NCBI GenBank assembly: GCA_012511175.1
Contig: JAAZGO010000010.1
Location: 5,563-69,562, forward strand
DNA length: 64,000 bases
Origin: Fastidiosipila sp.
GTDB lineage: Bacteria > Bacillota > Clostridia > Saccharofermentanales > DTU023
Reading direction: 5' to 3'
The notes beneath the pieces are model-generated. The model did no database searches. It was not told the origin of the DNA and worked only from the letters and a program-made list of their open reading frames with translations. This document shows, piece after piece, positions 19,189-27,405 of this stretch (position 1 is its first letter; each line of letters opens with the position of its first letter). A program made the position numbers and the translations under genes.

Positions 19189-20133
19189 TTAAGCCAGAAG
19201 ATCGCTGACTGCGTACGATTTGAGGCTGAGTTCGTAAATGAAGACCTCCTCCAGGGAAAGCGGCAAGACATCGAGCAATAAGGGATGCAGCTCCTCAAGC
19301 ACTCGGTGGATCTCTTCTTCGGAGCTTCGCGCCAGGATCTCGATCAGCGATCCCCTGGTACGGAATTGCAGGATGTCGAGCCCCCGTTCCCGTAAATGGC
19401 TTTCAGTCACTGGCTGCGGAAAGGCAGCCTGAATCTTCACGATGCTCAGGCGCAATTTGTCCAGCTCTTCAACAAAAAGAAGCCCTCCCTGGTGTAAAAG
19501 GCCGACATGGTCACAGAAATCCTCCAGTTCACGCAGGTTCTGCGATGCAATCAAGACCGTCAAATGGCGGTCTGCCACCTGGCGGGCGAGGATGCGCTTC
19601 AGGTTTTGCCGCATGACGGGATCCAGCCCGTCAAAGGCTTCGTCCAGCAGAAGCAGACTGGGATTACAGGCGATTGCCAGCAGGACGGCTGCCTGGCGCT
19701 GCATTCCGCGCGACATGCGATCCAGCCGGTCATTTTCCCCCAGGGGAAAGATGGCAAGCAATTCCTCATAAAGTGCCTGGTCCCAACCCAGGTAAAGCGA
19801 GCGGTTGAATTTTGACATCTTGTACAGGGTGTCAAAATGAAAGAAAGGCTGATCGGAAACAAACTGGATTTCCTGTTTGGCCCGCGCGTTTTCATAGACA
19901 ATCTGTCCACGGTAGAGCATCCGTCCGGCCGTCGGCTTGTAGACACCGGCTGCCAACCTGAGAAAAGTTGACTTCCCCGCTCCATTGGAGCCGATCAGAC
20001 CGAAAATGGACGATCCCTCGATCGAGCAGGATACCCGGTCCAGTGCCTTAACCGGTCCGAAGTGCTTGCTGAGCCTGTCCGCGGTCAGAATCTGTGCTTT
20101 TTCCTCTGTTTGGATTTCAGTTTCCGATGCCAT
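19189..20133 (-). CDS. ABC transporter ATP-binding protein
   Basis: Walker A GSNGAGKST, signature MSRGMQRQ and Walker B LLLLDEAFDGLD are all present. Confidence 0.9.
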   Translation of the reverse strand: MASETEIQTEEKAQILTADRLSKHFGPVKALDRVSCSIEGSSIFGLIGSNGAGKSTFLRLAAGVYKPTAGRMLYRGQIVYENARAKQEIQFVSDQPFFHFDTLYKMSKFNRSLYLGWDQALYEELLAIFPLGENDRLDRMSRGMQRQAAVLLAIACNPSLLLLDEAFDGLDPVMRQNLKRILARQVADRHLTVLIASQNLRELEDFCDHVGLLHQGGLLFVEELDKLRLSIVKIQAAFPQPVTESHLRERGLDILQFRTRGSLIEILARSSEEEIHRVLEELHPLLLDVLPLSLEEVFIYELSLKSYAVSDLLA

Positions 20134-20536
20134 GATCTAATTCGCCTTTCTTGCCCTTAGCTTTGAGTTCCTCTTCAATGGTGCCATCCAGAAGCCGGTG
20201 CAGCTCCTCCGATGAAATCCCGGCCAGCCAGGCCAGATGGGTGGCTGAGCGAAAGATGCGGCGGATTTCTTCTTTTTCCAGCTCTTTATTTTCGGGAATG
20301 TCGGATAGATAATTGCCTTTGCCCGGAACAGCATAAATCAGGTTTTCCTGTTCCATCTCTCCGTAGGCTTTTTGAACCGTGTTGGGGTTGATGCCTAGCT
20401 CTGACGCCAGCTGTCTCACCGAGGGAAGCTGGTCGTGCGCCTTGATCAGGCCGAGCGCGGCCATCCGGCGGAAGGAAGCCTTTAGCTGAAGATAGATCGG
20501 CACACCGCTTTGCAAGTTGATCTCCGGATAGACCAT
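20117..20536 (-). CDS. GntR-family transcriptional regulator, YtrA subfamily
   Basis: The start is at the ATG at 20536 (MVYPEINLQSGVPIYLQLK...LPSVRQLASELGINPNTVQKAY). It is a short (~139 aa) GntR with a wHTH domain, and it overlaps the downstream ABC ATPase start. Confidence 0.85.
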   Translation of the reverse strand: MVYPEINLQSGVPIYLQLKASFRRMAALGLIKAHDQLPSVRQLASELGINPNTVQKAYGEMEQENLIYAVPGKGNYLSDIPENKELEKEEIRRIFRSATHLAWLAGISSEELHRLLDGTIEEELKAKGKKGELDHGIGN

Positions 20537-20561
20537 GCCATGTTTCTCCTGTAATTGTCCC

Positions 20562-20588
20562 AACCGTACTAGTTCAAACAGTACAGTT
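20562..20588. promoter_or_regulatory. candidate YtrA operator (inverted repeat)
   Basis: AACCGTACT-agttcaaac-AGTACAGTT has 9-nt arms matching at 8 of 9 positions. It lies ~26 nt upstream of the gntR ATG, in the divergent intergenic region. Confidence 0.35.
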
Positions 20589-20683
20589 AGGATACAGCAA
20601 CCCACCTTTCCTGTCAACTATTTAACTGCTGGAATCCGGCCATCCTTGGTTATAATGAAAAAGCTAACCATGATGGGAGGTGG

Positions 20684-21877
20684 ATGATGGAAGCCGAAAA
20701 CCGGGCGGCCCTGGAAGCAGTTTTTGACAGACTCAGGCGCTCATCCGTTTTGACAGCCAGGGTCAGGATGGCATGGAAACAAGCGGACGGATCCTTTCTT
20801 TTTGCCAGCAGGGACGCCAGCTCCACTGAGCGGCTGACGGCGGATGAACTGGCCGGTCGTGAACCGGTCATGGCCTCCCTATTCCGTGTCCGCTCAGATG
20901 CGGACGCGGTGCTTCGATCCCTTCCCGACTACGCCGGCGACACAGTCCACATCCGGAATTTCCTTTCTTTTGCGCCTGCCTTGGATGACGCAGCCAGCCT
21001 GATTGGCACCCGGATCGTTCTGGCGGGAAGTGACCAGCTCCGGCGGGTATTGACTGCCATGCGAAAACGAAACGCCTGCATCATTCGTCCGTCCAAAGAT
21101 GGCAGGGAACCGGAAGCTTATGTCCTGGCTTTGGGCAAGACACCAGCCCAGGCTGTTGCCGTGACAATGGCTTTGGAGAGGGCCTGCCAGGCCCTGATTG
21201 AAGGGTCCCTGCTCGGCGGAGTCAAGCGGATCAAGCCGTGGGCAGCAGCCTGGAAACGGCTGACCTTTTTGCGCGAAAAGGCGATTGAAAGTGCTCCTTC
21301 AGAGATTCCTCCGGGGGAGCTTGAAAAACGGGAGGCAATTGCCCGCTGCGTCAACCAGCTCCTCGGAGAAAATTTGATTCAGGCAGCAGTGGGCGCTGTT
21401 TCACTCCGATTAGATGAACAACACTTGCTGATGACTCTTTCAGGTGACTGGCAGCATTCTTTATCGCCCCGCGATTCCTTGCGCGTCAACCTGGAATCGC
21501 TCGAAAATGACCGGGCCATAAAACCTTTCCCGGATATGAAAATTCACGCAGCACTGATGAAACGCTATCCACGCCTTCAATGCATCATCCTTACCCGGGC
21601 TCCGGCAACCGGTGTCTTTGCGGCCTGCCGGCAGCCGGTCCCAGTGGTCCGTCCGCAGGATCAAGAACTGTTGGGGGATGGGACCGGCTTTGCCCCTGTC
21701 CGTATTCCCTCAATTATGAAGGCACTTGCCCGATCGGGATCAGGGACCTGCATCCTGGGCAACCGGGGAGCACTTGCTGCAGGAGAATCCGAGGAAGAAG
21801 CCATGGCGAGATGCAGGAGCATGGAGACAGCGGCCCGCTGTTGTCTTGATTCCAAGGCCAGGGAACTGAGAGGCTAG
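20684..21877 (+). CDS. hypothetical protein, possibly class II aldolase/adducin-like
   Basis: 397 aa; the RBS is GGGAGGTGG. The C-terminal half (HAALMKRYPRLQCIILTRAPATGVFA) weakly resembles a class II aldolase fold. The product call is tentative. Confidence 0.35.
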   Translation: MMEAENRAALEAVFDRLRRSSVLTARVRMAWKQADGSFLFASRDASSTERLTADELAGREPVMASLFRVRSDADAVLRSLPDYAGDTVHIRNFLSFAPALDDAASLIGTRIVLAGSDQLRRVLTAMRKRNACIIRPSKDGREPEAYVLALGKTPAQAVAVTMALERACQALIEGSLLGGVKRIKPWAAAWKRLTFLREKAIESAPSEIPPGELEKREAIARCVNQLLGENLIQAAVGAVSLRLDEQHLLMTLSGDWQHSLSPRDSLRVNLESLENDRAIKPFPDMKIHAALMKRYPRLQCIILTRAPATGVFAACRQPVPVVRPQDQELLGDGTGFAPVRIPSIMKALARSGSGTCILGNRGALAAGESEEEAMARCRSMETAARCCLDSKARELRG

Positions 21878-21889
21878 AGGGGAGAGAAA

Positions 21890-22918
21890 ATGAAATTACT
21901 GGAAACTTTCCAAGTGAAAAACCTGACATTAAAGAACCGGATCGTCATGCCGCCCATGTGTACTTACGCCGCAGATTCAAAGGGTTTGGCCAATGACCGC
22001 CACCTGATCCACTACGCTTCGCGGGCGGCCGGCGGCACCGCCTTGATCATTGTTGAGGCGACTGGTGTACGCCCCGACGGGCGGATCACCGACCGTTGCC
22101 TGGGCATCTGGGATGATTCCCAGGTGGAAGGTCTGCGAAGAATCGTCAACGCCTGCCATGCCGAGGGCGCCATGGCAGCCATTCAGTTGAACCATGCCGG
22201 CCGAAAGTGCACAGCCTGTCCGGATCAAGGGGATTACACCCTTGCGCCCAGTGCCATTGCCTTTGACTCAACCTACCGGCTGCCCCGAGAGATGAATCAG
22301 GAGGACATGGATCAGGTTAAGGAGGCCTTTTGTGACGGCGCCCGGAGGGCTCATGCTGCCGGTTTTGACGCCATCGAGATTCACGCAGCCCACGGTTTTC
22401 TCTTAAGCAGCTTCTTTTCTCCAGTGACCAACAGGCGTAAGGATCACTACGGCGGGAGCCTGGAGAACAGAGCCCGTTACCTGCTGGAAGTTCTGGAAGC
22501 GGTGCGTGTCTCCTGGCCCGGGGAAAAAGCCATTTTATTCCGGCTTTCGGCCACGGACTACCTGCCCGGCGGGACCAGTGTGGATGACACCATCTGGCTG
22601 GTTAACCAGGCGAGTTCCTTGATCGATATCGCCCATATAAGCTCGGGCGGGATCGCGTCCCTACCCATTGATGTCTTTCCCGGCTATCAGCTTCCTTTGG
22701 CTGAGGCGGTGAAAAAAAACTGCGGGCTCCCTGTCATTGCGGTGGGCGGAATCAGGCAGGCGGACATGGCGGAGGAAATTTTGGGCAACGGCCGGGCAGA
22801 CCTGGTTGCCTTGGGAAAAGAGCTGCTGCGCAATCCCTTCTGGGTGGCCCAGACCGCCTGGGAAAGGGGCCATGACATTTGCTGGCCGGAGCTGAGCCGG
22901 ACGGCCTTTGAAGAATGA
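21890..22918 (+). CDS. NADPH dehydrogenase / NADH:flavin oxidoreductase, Old Yellow Enzyme family (YqjM/NamA-like)
   Basis: LKNRIVMPPMCTY...HAAHGFLLSSFFSP...GGIR. It is 342 aa, the typical length for YqjM-class OYEs. Confidence 0.85.
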   Translation: MKLLETFQVKNLTLKNRIVMPPMCTYAADSKGLANDRHLIHYASRAAGGTALIIVEATGVRPDGRITDRCLGIWDDSQVEGLRRIVNACHAEGAMAAIQLNHAGRKCTACPDQGDYTLAPSAIAFDSTYRLPREMNQEDMDQVKEAFCDGARRAHAAGFDAIEIHAAHGFLLSSFFSPVTNRRKDHYGGSLENRARYLLEVLEAVRVSWPGEKAILFRLSATDYLPGGTSVDDTIWLVNQASSLIDIAHISSGGIASLPIDVFPGYQLPLAEAVKKNCGLPVIAVGGIRQADMAEEILGNGRADLVALGKELLRNPFWVAQTAWERGHDICWPELSRTAFEE

Positions 22919-23002
22919 TGTATCTGCAAAAAGGCTGTTAAATCGACCCGCAAGGCATCAAAAGACGACCGGCTGAATCAGCAAAAAATCTGTCCGAAGT
23001 GA

Positions 23003-23022
23003 AGGCCGCCCCAGGGCGGCCT
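23003..23022 (-). terminator. GC-rich hairpin between convergent namA-like and pntB genes (possible terminator)
   Basis: AGGCCGCC-ccag-GGCGGCCT is a perfect 8-bp stem. On the minus strand a T6 run follows only after ~11 nt, so this is not a canonical terminator. Confidence 0.35.
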
Positions 23023-23047
23023 CCTCGTGGTCGTAACTGTGATTCGC

Positions 23048-25678
23048 TCAACACTTGCGGTAGGCCCGGATCAGGGCGTTCAATGTTTCCTTGGCATCTC
23101 CCAGCAGGAGCGCAATACCGGAACGGTATGACTCGTCGTAGAGAGGATTGTCGACACCCGCATAGCCGGGCAGTTTATCAAAGTTGCAGATAATGATGTG
23201 TTTGGCCTCCTCGACGTTGAGGATGGGCATACCGTAGATGGGCGTTCCCTCCGCCGTATTGGCTGCCGGATTGACCACATCGTTGGCTCCGATGATCAGA
23301 GCGACATCGGTTTTGGCAAATTCTTCGTTGACGTCCTGCATTTCATGGAGTTTGTCGTAGGGGACATCGACTTCTGCCAGGAGGACGTTCATGTGGCCCG
23401 GCATCCTGCCCGCCACGGGGTGAATAGCGAATTTTACCTCTTTGCCTTCCTGTTCCAGTTCAGTCATCAGTTGTTTGACGAGTGACTGCGCCTGGGAGAG
23501 GGCCATGCCGTAACCGGGTACGATAATGACGCTCCGGGCCTCATTCAGCCATTTGCCGCCCAGCTCCTCCGGCGCGGATTCCTCCCCGGCCGGTGCCTTC
23601 GGTACCTGGCAGACCCGGAAGGCCTGGATGATGGCATTCAGGGTGTCTTTGGCGTCACCCAGCATGAGAGCGACGTGATCCTCGCGTCCTTCATCATAGA
23701 GCGGGTTGTCGACGCCGGCATAGCCCGGAAGTTTGTCGAAGTTGCAAATAATGACGTGCCTGGCGTCTTCGACATCCAGGATGGGCATGCCGTAAATGGG
23801 TGTTCCCTCTGCCGTGTTGGCAGCCGGGTTGACCACATCATTGGCGCCGATAATGAGCGCCACGTCTGTTTCTTTGAAAGCGGGGTTGATCTCGTCCATT
23901 TCCCGGAGCTTGTCATAGGGAATATCGACCTCGGCCAGGAGAACGTTCATGTGCCCCGGCATCCTGCCGGCGACCGGGTGGATGGCAAATTCAACCTGCT
24001 TGCCTTCCTGCTCCAGCTCAGTCATCAACTGCTTGACGGTTGACTGTGCCTGGGAGAGGGCCATGCCGTAACCCGGCACAATGATGATCTTCTCCGCTTC
24101 CCGGAGCCAGAAACCGCACTGGAGTTCAGGAGTCAAGATACCCTTATCGGGATCTTCTTCCTCTCGTTCCAATCCCCCTTCGCGGTAGGATTTCATGATG
24201 GCGTCAAGCGTTTCCTTGGCATCTCCCAGCATGAGGGCGATGTGATCTTCGCGACCCTCATCATAGAGTGGATTGTCGACACCCGCATAGCCGGGGAGCT
24301 TGTCGAAATTGCACATGATGACTTTTTTGGCGTCTTCGACATCCAGGATGGGCATGCCGTAAATAGGTGTTCCCTCTGCTGTGTTGGCAGCCGGGTTGAT
24401 CACATCATTGGCGCCGATGACGATGGCGACATCCGTGTCCTTGAACTCATCGTTAATATCCTGCATCTCATAGAGCTTGTCGTAGGGAATGTCAACTTCA
24501 GCCAGTAGGACATTCATATGGCCGGGCATCCTGCCCGCCACGGGATGAATGGCGAATTTGACCTCCTTGCCTGCTGCTTCCAGCTCGGTCATCAGCTGCT
24601 TGACGGTCGATTGAGCTTGGGACAGAGCCATGCCATAGCCTGGCACGATGATAACGCGCTCGGCATCGCGGAGCCAGCATCCGCAGGATTCCCCGGGCGA
24701 CATGGCAGCCGCGGGAAGACCTTTGGTTTCCTTCCCCGCTGGATCAGGTACTTTCGGCCGTCCTGCCGGTTTTCCGGCCGCCGATGTCTTGCCGAGCAGA
24801 ATGTCAAAGAGCTTGCGGTTCATGGCCCGGCACATGATCTGAGTCAGAAGGAGGCCGGAGGCACCGACGACACCCCCGACAGCCACCAGAAGAGGATCGG
24901 CGATGGCCATGCCGGCGATGGATCCGGCTACACCGGACAAAGAATTGAGCAGGGAGATGGTGATGGGCATATCAGCGCCGCCGACCCGGATGGCGAAGAT
25001 GACACCAAAGGCGCCGGATAACAGGGCGCAAAGGATGATCAGGACTGCTTTCAGGACAGGCGCTGCCAGGATAGCGGGAAAGACCAGCAGGATCACAGTG
25101 ACAAGCGACAAGATCAGAGTCAGGGCCGTCCAGACAGGGTGCTTTTTCAGGACAATGGGGCGCTGTGGGAGAAGATGATGGAGTTTGCCCGCTGCCACCA
25201 GGCTGCCCGTTAAAGTCAGTGATCCGACAAAGATGGCAAGCCCGGCGGTTGCCAGCGAAAAAACCGTTTCGCCTGGCTTGGCCGCGATCAGGGTCAGGAT
25301 GCCGGCCAGCATGGAGGCACCGCCCCCGAAGCCATTCAGCAGGCCGACCATCTGTGGCATCTGGATCATCTTGACCTTGACGGCGATCAGGATGCCGATC
25401 AGGAGCCCGACCAGCATAGCTGCCCAAAGTTCAATGAAACTGAATATGCCGAAATACCAGAGTGTCAGCACAATGGCCAGCAGCATGCTGACGGCTCCCA
25501 TGGCATTGCCCGCCACAGAGGTTTCAACCCGGCTCATCATGGAGATGCCGACCAGGACGGCGACGGTCAGAATTCCCGCAGCCACGTAGTAGACAATATT
25601 CTCAGCCGTTGAAGCCTGTTCGGCCACCAGGAGAGCGGGCAGGAAAGAGATCTTGGAAAGAATCGCAGAAAGAATCAT
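23048..25678 (-). CDS. pntB: NAD(P) transhydrogenase subunit beta with three tandem dIII (NADP(H)-binding) domains
   Basis: 876 aa. The N-terminal ~290 aa form the polytopic dII domain. Three colinear ~170-aa copies of the dIII domain follow. Each copy carries VPGYGMALSQAQ, AIHPVAGRMPGHMNVLLAEVD, IGANDVxNPAANTAEGTPIYGMPIL, KLPGYAGVDNPLYDE and LGDAK. Confidence 0.9.
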   Translation of the reverse strand: MILSAILSKISFLPALLVAEQASTAENIVYYVAAGILTVAVLVGISMMSRVETSVAGNAMGAVSMLLAIVLTLWYFGIFSFIELWAAMLVGLLIGILIAVKVKMIQMPQMVGLLNGFGGGASMLAGILTLIAAKPGETVFSLATAGLAIFVGSLTLTGSLVAAGKLHHLLPQRPIVLKKHPVWTALTLILSLVTVILLVFPAILAAPVLKAVLIILCALLSGAFGVIFAIRVGGADMPITISLLNSLSGVAGSIAGMAIADPLLVAVGGVVGASGLLLTQIMCRAMNRKLFDILLGKTSAAGKPAGRPKVPDPAGKETKGLPAAAMSPGESCGCWLRDAERVIIVPGYGMALSQAQSTVKQLMTELEAAGKEVKFAIHPVAGRMPGHMNVLLAEVDIPYDKLYEMQDINDEFKDTDVAIVIGANDVINPAANTAEGTPIYGMPILDVEDAKKVIMCNFDKLPGYAGVDNPLYDEGREDHIALMLGDAKETLDAIMKSYREGGLEREEEDPDKGILTPELQCGFWLREAEKIIIVPGYGMALSQAQSTVKQLMTELEQEGKQVEFAIHPVAGRMPGHMNVLLAEVDIPYDKLREMDEINPAFKETDVALIIGANDVVNPAANTAEGTPIYGMPILDVEDARHVIICNFDKLPGYAGVDNPLYDEGREDHVALMLGDAKDTLNAIIQAFRVCQVPKAPAGEESAPEELGGKWLNEARSVIIVPGYGMALSQAQSLVKQLMTELEQEGKEVKFAIHPVAGRMPGHMNVLLAEVDVPYDKLHEMQDVNEEFAKTDVALIIGANDVVNPAANTAEGTPIYGMPILNVEEAKHIIICNFDKLPGYAGVDNPLYDESYRSGIALLLGDAKETLNALIRAYRKC
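23051..23563 (-). repeat. pntB dIII repeat unit 3 (aa ~706-876, C-terminal)
   Basis: Coding direct repeat. It is more diverged at the nucleotide level (compare 23222-23292) but all dIII motifs are kept. Confidence 0.9.
23612..24121 (-). repeat. pntB dIII repeat unit 2 (aa ~520-689)
   Basis: Coding direct repeat, in frame with unit 1 (offset 567 nt) and unit 3 (offset 558 nt). Confidence 0.9.
24179..24688 (-). repeat. pntB dIII repeat unit 1 (aa ~331-500)
   Basis: Coding direct repeat. For example, 24347-24417 is almost identical to 23780-23850 (offset 567 nt). Confidence 0.9.
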
Positions 25679-25974
25679 TTTTCAGCCTCCTCCTTGCTCC
25701 CGTGGAACATGCGGAGCATGCGGTCGGTCACTCCGAAACCGCCAACCACATTGATGGTGGCAAGGACAATGGCGATAAAACCCATGATCTTGCTGCCCCA
25801 GTGGGCAGCCGCAGCTGTCGCAGCCAGACACCCCAGAACCGTGACACCGGAGAAAGCGTTCATACCAGACATCAGCGGTGTATGAAGCAAGCTGGGAACG
25901 CGGTTGATAATCTTGTAGCCGATCAGGGTAGCCATGATGAATACGGCGATCAGGATGCCCTGTGTTGTTGTCAT
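25675..25974 (-). CDS. pntA: NAD(P) transhydrogenase subunit alpha part 2 (small membrane subunit)
   Basis: The ATG at 25974 follows AAGGAG. The protein is 99 aa with 3 TM helices (MTTTQGILIAVFIMATLIGYKIINRVPSLLHTPLMSGMNAFSG), and its stop overlaps the pntB start. Confidence 0.85.
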   Translation of the reverse strand: MTTTQGILIAVFIMATLIGYKIINRVPSLLHTPLMSGMNAFSGVTVLGCLAATAAAAHWGSKIMGFIAIVLATINVVGGFGVTDRMLRMFHGSKEEAEK

Positions 25975-26060
25975 AGCAAACTCCTTTAATTCAGTGCAGA
26001 GCACTTGTTGACGCAGAAAAATGCCGCACCCCGCGGGGTGCGGCATCCCTGGCGTTCATG

Positions 26061-27227
26061 TTAATGACCAAGTGCGGCGAATGCCTCCAGTGTCCCTTGA
26101 TGGACAACCTTGCCCCCGTGCGTGGTCAAGGCGCTTTTAACGATGTCATCATCCATATCCAGATGGATCCTGCCGTCCTTGATCAGGTAGGAAAGCAGAT
26201 TGTAGACATTTTGCGAGAACATCCAGGTGGAACTCGTAGGCAAGAGGCCCGGCAGGTTTTTAATACCGACCAGAGTCACACTGTGTTTGACTTCGATGGT
26301 TCCCGGCGGCGTGATCTCGCAGTTGCCGCCCTGGTCGATGGAGATGTCAACGATGACTGAACCCGGCTTCATGATTTTTACCATTTCCTCCGTGATCAGG
26401 GTGGGAGCCATTTTGCCCGGTACCAGGGCTGACAGGAAGACGATATCCATGTCCTTGATGTGCTCTGTCAGAATGCGGCGCTCCTCTTGCAGGCGCTCCT
26501 CGGACAGGGCCAGAGCGTAACCGCCTTCCCCGATGGCTTCTTCAGCCGGGACGCCCAAATCGATCACTTTGGCCCCCAGCGACTGGGCCTGTTCAGCCGC
26601 GTCCGGCCTGATGTCTCCGGCGTAGACGATGGCCCCGAGGCGTTTGGCAGTCGCAATGGCCTGGAGTCCCCCGACCCCGGCGCCAATGACCAGGGCATTG
26701 ATGGGTTTGATCATGCCAACTGCGGTAAAGATCTGAGGTACAAAATGCGGCAGTTCATTGGCAGCGATCAGGATGCCCTTGTAGCCGGCGCAGGTGCTCA
26801 TGGAGGTGAGTGCGTCCATGGCCTGGGCACGCGTGATGCGCGGGATCCCGTCCAGGGTGATACTGGTCACTCCCCTGGAAGCCATATGCTTGACCATCTC
26901 GTGGTTGGCGGGGGCGGCCGGGTGGATGAAGGTAATGAGGGTCTGTCCCTCATGCATCATGTCCACTTCATGTTTTCCTTTTTCTTTGTTGAAAAGGGGT
27001 TCCTTAACCTTGAGAATGACGTCTGCCTGTTCAAAAATCCTGCAGACGTCATCAATCACTTGCGCTCCCGCGGCCACGTAGTCCGGATCGTGGTAGAAGG
27101 CTCCCTCTCCGGCATTTTTTTCGACCAGGACGGTCAAACCGTCACCGACCATTTTGGCGACTGTTTCAGGCGACGCGGCGACGCGACGCTCCCCAGGCAT
27201 AATTTCCTTTGGGACACCGATAATCAT
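26061..27227 (-). CDS. pntA: NAD(P) transhydrogenase subunit alpha part 1 (dI, alanine dehydrogenase/PNT domain)
   Basis: 388 aa. MIIGVPKEIMPGERRVA...VIGAGVGGLQAIATAKRLGA is the typical dI NAD(H)-binding domain. Confidence 0.9.
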   Translation of the reverse strand: MIIGVPKEIMPGERRVAASPETVAKMVGDGLTVLVEKNAGEGAFYHDPDYVAAGAQVIDDVCRIFEQADVILKVKEPLFNKEKGKHEVDMMHEGQTLITFIHPAAPANHEMVKHMASRGVTSITLDGIPRITRAQAMDALTSMSTCAGYKGILIAANELPHFVPQIFTAVGMIKPINALVIGAGVGGLQAIATAKRLGAIVYAGDIRPDAAEQAQSLGAKVIDLGVPAEEAIGEGGYALALSEERLQEERRILTEHIKDMDIVFLSALVPGKMAPTLITEEMVKIMKPGSVIVDISIDQGGNCEITPPGTIEVKHSVTLVGIKNLPGLLPTSSTWMFSQNVYNLLSYLIKDGRIHLDMDDDIVKSALTTHGGKVVHQGTLEAFAALGH

Positions 27228-27405
27228 TTGTTCACCTCCAGTTTTGGTTCGTGGATTTCAACCGACTGTATGTTAACAGTAAATAGGTGAATTGACAATG
27301 TAGATAAAGAGTCAACCCGCGATTGCCTTCACTTGGTTTTCCAGCCGGACGGACTGCGGATACATGGTATGATTTTTGGTAGATTTGAAGGGGAGGTGTG
27401 AGAGC

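Noticed and set aside
23048-24691. Interpreting the three dIII units as an assembly artefact or as three separate genes
   Set aside because: The units differ from each other at many nucleotide positions, and unit 3 clearly more so. Collapsed or expanded identical-repeat artefacts are therefore unlikely. There is no stop codon or RBS/start between units. Copy number still deserves long-read confirmation.
26460-27290. 276-aa plus-strand ORF
   Set aside because: It lies antisense to pntAA, which has clear dI/alanine-dehydrogenase motifs. It is a shadow ORF.
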